A stretch of 7,586 nucleotides of DNA from a virus. Of this stretch, positions 6,958 through 7,586 are shown piece by piece. How positions within the stretch are numbered: the first letter of the stretch is position 1; each line of letters begins with the position of its first letter. The stretch is taken from UHGV virus genome UHGV-1434521; one strand, written 5' to 3'. The notes under the pieces were generated by a model, which saw only the letters and a list, made by a program, of their open reading frames with translations, was not told the origin of the DNA and did no database searches. The translations under genes and the position numbers were made by a program.

Positions 6958-6995
6958 CGTGCAGTATTACCTACACTGCACGTTCTTTTCTGTGC
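6958..6995 (+). terminator. Candidate rho-independent terminator after the RHH gene
   Basis: 8-bp perfect stem cgtgcagt (6958-6965) / actgcacg (6975-6982) with 9-nt loop, followed by TTCTTTTCTGTG. It is preceded by a smaller hairpin gtacca-cgaa-tggtac (6939-6954). Confidence 0.6.
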
Positions 6996-7090
6996 AAATT
7001 ATAAGCAGCAAGGACGTTAACGAAAAGAAAACTAGTATCGACATTCGAAATGTTAACTATTATTAACAAATAGAGTAATGGAAGAATATA

Positions 7091-7586
7091 ATGATCACTA
7101 TAGAAGAAGCAACATCGGTCCATGAATATTTAACAAATTACTATCAAAACTCTGATGATCCTATCTCTCCTCCGGGAATAAAAAACATAGAGCTTTTAGA
7201 GTCTGCCATAGCAAGACCTTTTATGACCATGAACAGAAAGGATGTCTATCCAGATGATTTAGATAAAGCCGCAGCTCTATTTCATGGTGTCATATCCAAC
7301 CACTGTTTCCATAATGGTAATAAAAGAACAGCACTTCTACTAACCATGTGCTTTTTAGACCGAGCTGGATATTGGCTGGATAAGTGTGATGACCTGCAAC
7401 TCTTTGAATTTACAAGAGGTGTTGCGGCACATGAGATATGTGAAAATAGAATTGATGAAATAAAAACAATCAAGGCATTTTTCCGAAGTAATTCACGGAA
7501 GAAAAAAATCACAGATGAACAATTGAGTTTTATTGCATTAAGCAGGCATCTAACCAACGCAGGTTTCAATATAGAAGACGATGGTG
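7091..7586 (+). CDS. Doc/Fic-family (death-on-curing-like) toxin-domain protein, 3'-truncated by the window edge (at least 165 aa)
   Basis: Manual translation from ATG 7091: MITIEEATSVHEYLTNYYQNSDDPISPPGIKNIELLESAIARPFMTMNRKDVYPDDLDKAAALFHGVISNHCFHNGNKRTALLLTMCFLDRAGYWL... It contains HCFHNGNKR, matching the Doc-type motif HxFx(D/N)(G/A)NKR, and the N-terminal region parallels P1 Doc as recalled. No stop before the window end, which is why it is absent from the ORF track. Confidence 0.8.
   Translation, partial: MITIEEATSVHEYLTNYYQNSDDPISPPGIKNIELLESAIARPFMTMNRKDVYPDDLDKAAALFHGVISNHCFHNGNKRTALLLTMCFLDRAGYWLDKCDDLQLFEFTRGVAAHEICENRIDEIKTIKAFFRSNSRKKKITDEQLSFIALSRHLTNAGFNIEDDG

Noticed and set aside
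6939-7090. Possible Phd-like antitoxin ORF immediately upstream of the Doc-like gene
   Set aside because: Only very short ORFs (7-18 codons) are present in all plus-strand frames, so no antitoxin gene is supportable there.
7282-7569. 95-aa ORF (-) antisense to the Doc-like gene
   Set aside because: The plus-strand frame carries the Doc motif and N-terminal similarity; the antisense ORF has no support.

Overview
The window is dominated by a complete, co-linear Ff/IKe-type filamentous phage (Inoviridae) gene block on the minus strand, running 6628 down to 738 in the canonical order gII/gX, gV-position gene, gVII, gIX, gVIII, gIII, gVI, gI/gXI, gIV. Assignments rest on reading the translations against M13/IKe proteins recalled from memory (major coat protein with SFA|AEG signal cleavage site and KKFSSKAV tail; pI Walker A GKLGSGKT; pIV secretin; pVI; pIII with Gly-rich linker and conserved C-terminal anchor; pII C-terminal NNVVPL motif) plus Ff-style gene overlaps (TGATG, TAATG). 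No search was run. The coat protein and pIII domain order look closest to the IKe/I2-2 group rather than M13. Where Ff phages carry a non-coding intergenic region (packaging signal and origins), this element instead carries accessory genes. Downstream of gIV there are two small minus-strand ORFs: a 102-aa protein of unknown family and a 77-aa protein with paired Cys-x2-Cys motifs. Divergent from gII there is a ribbon-helix-helix-like small protein (60 aa), then a Doc/Fic-family toxin-like gene (HxFxNGNKR motif) that runs off the 3' end of the window. The gII upstream region carries three direct copies of TGAGTTCA. I could not locate an Ff-type plus-strand origin nick sequence or a dif-like XerCD site by eye, so whether this is an integrated prophage or a free replicative genome is unresolved. 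The most novel-looking parts are the two accessory modules and the non-canonical gV-position protein.
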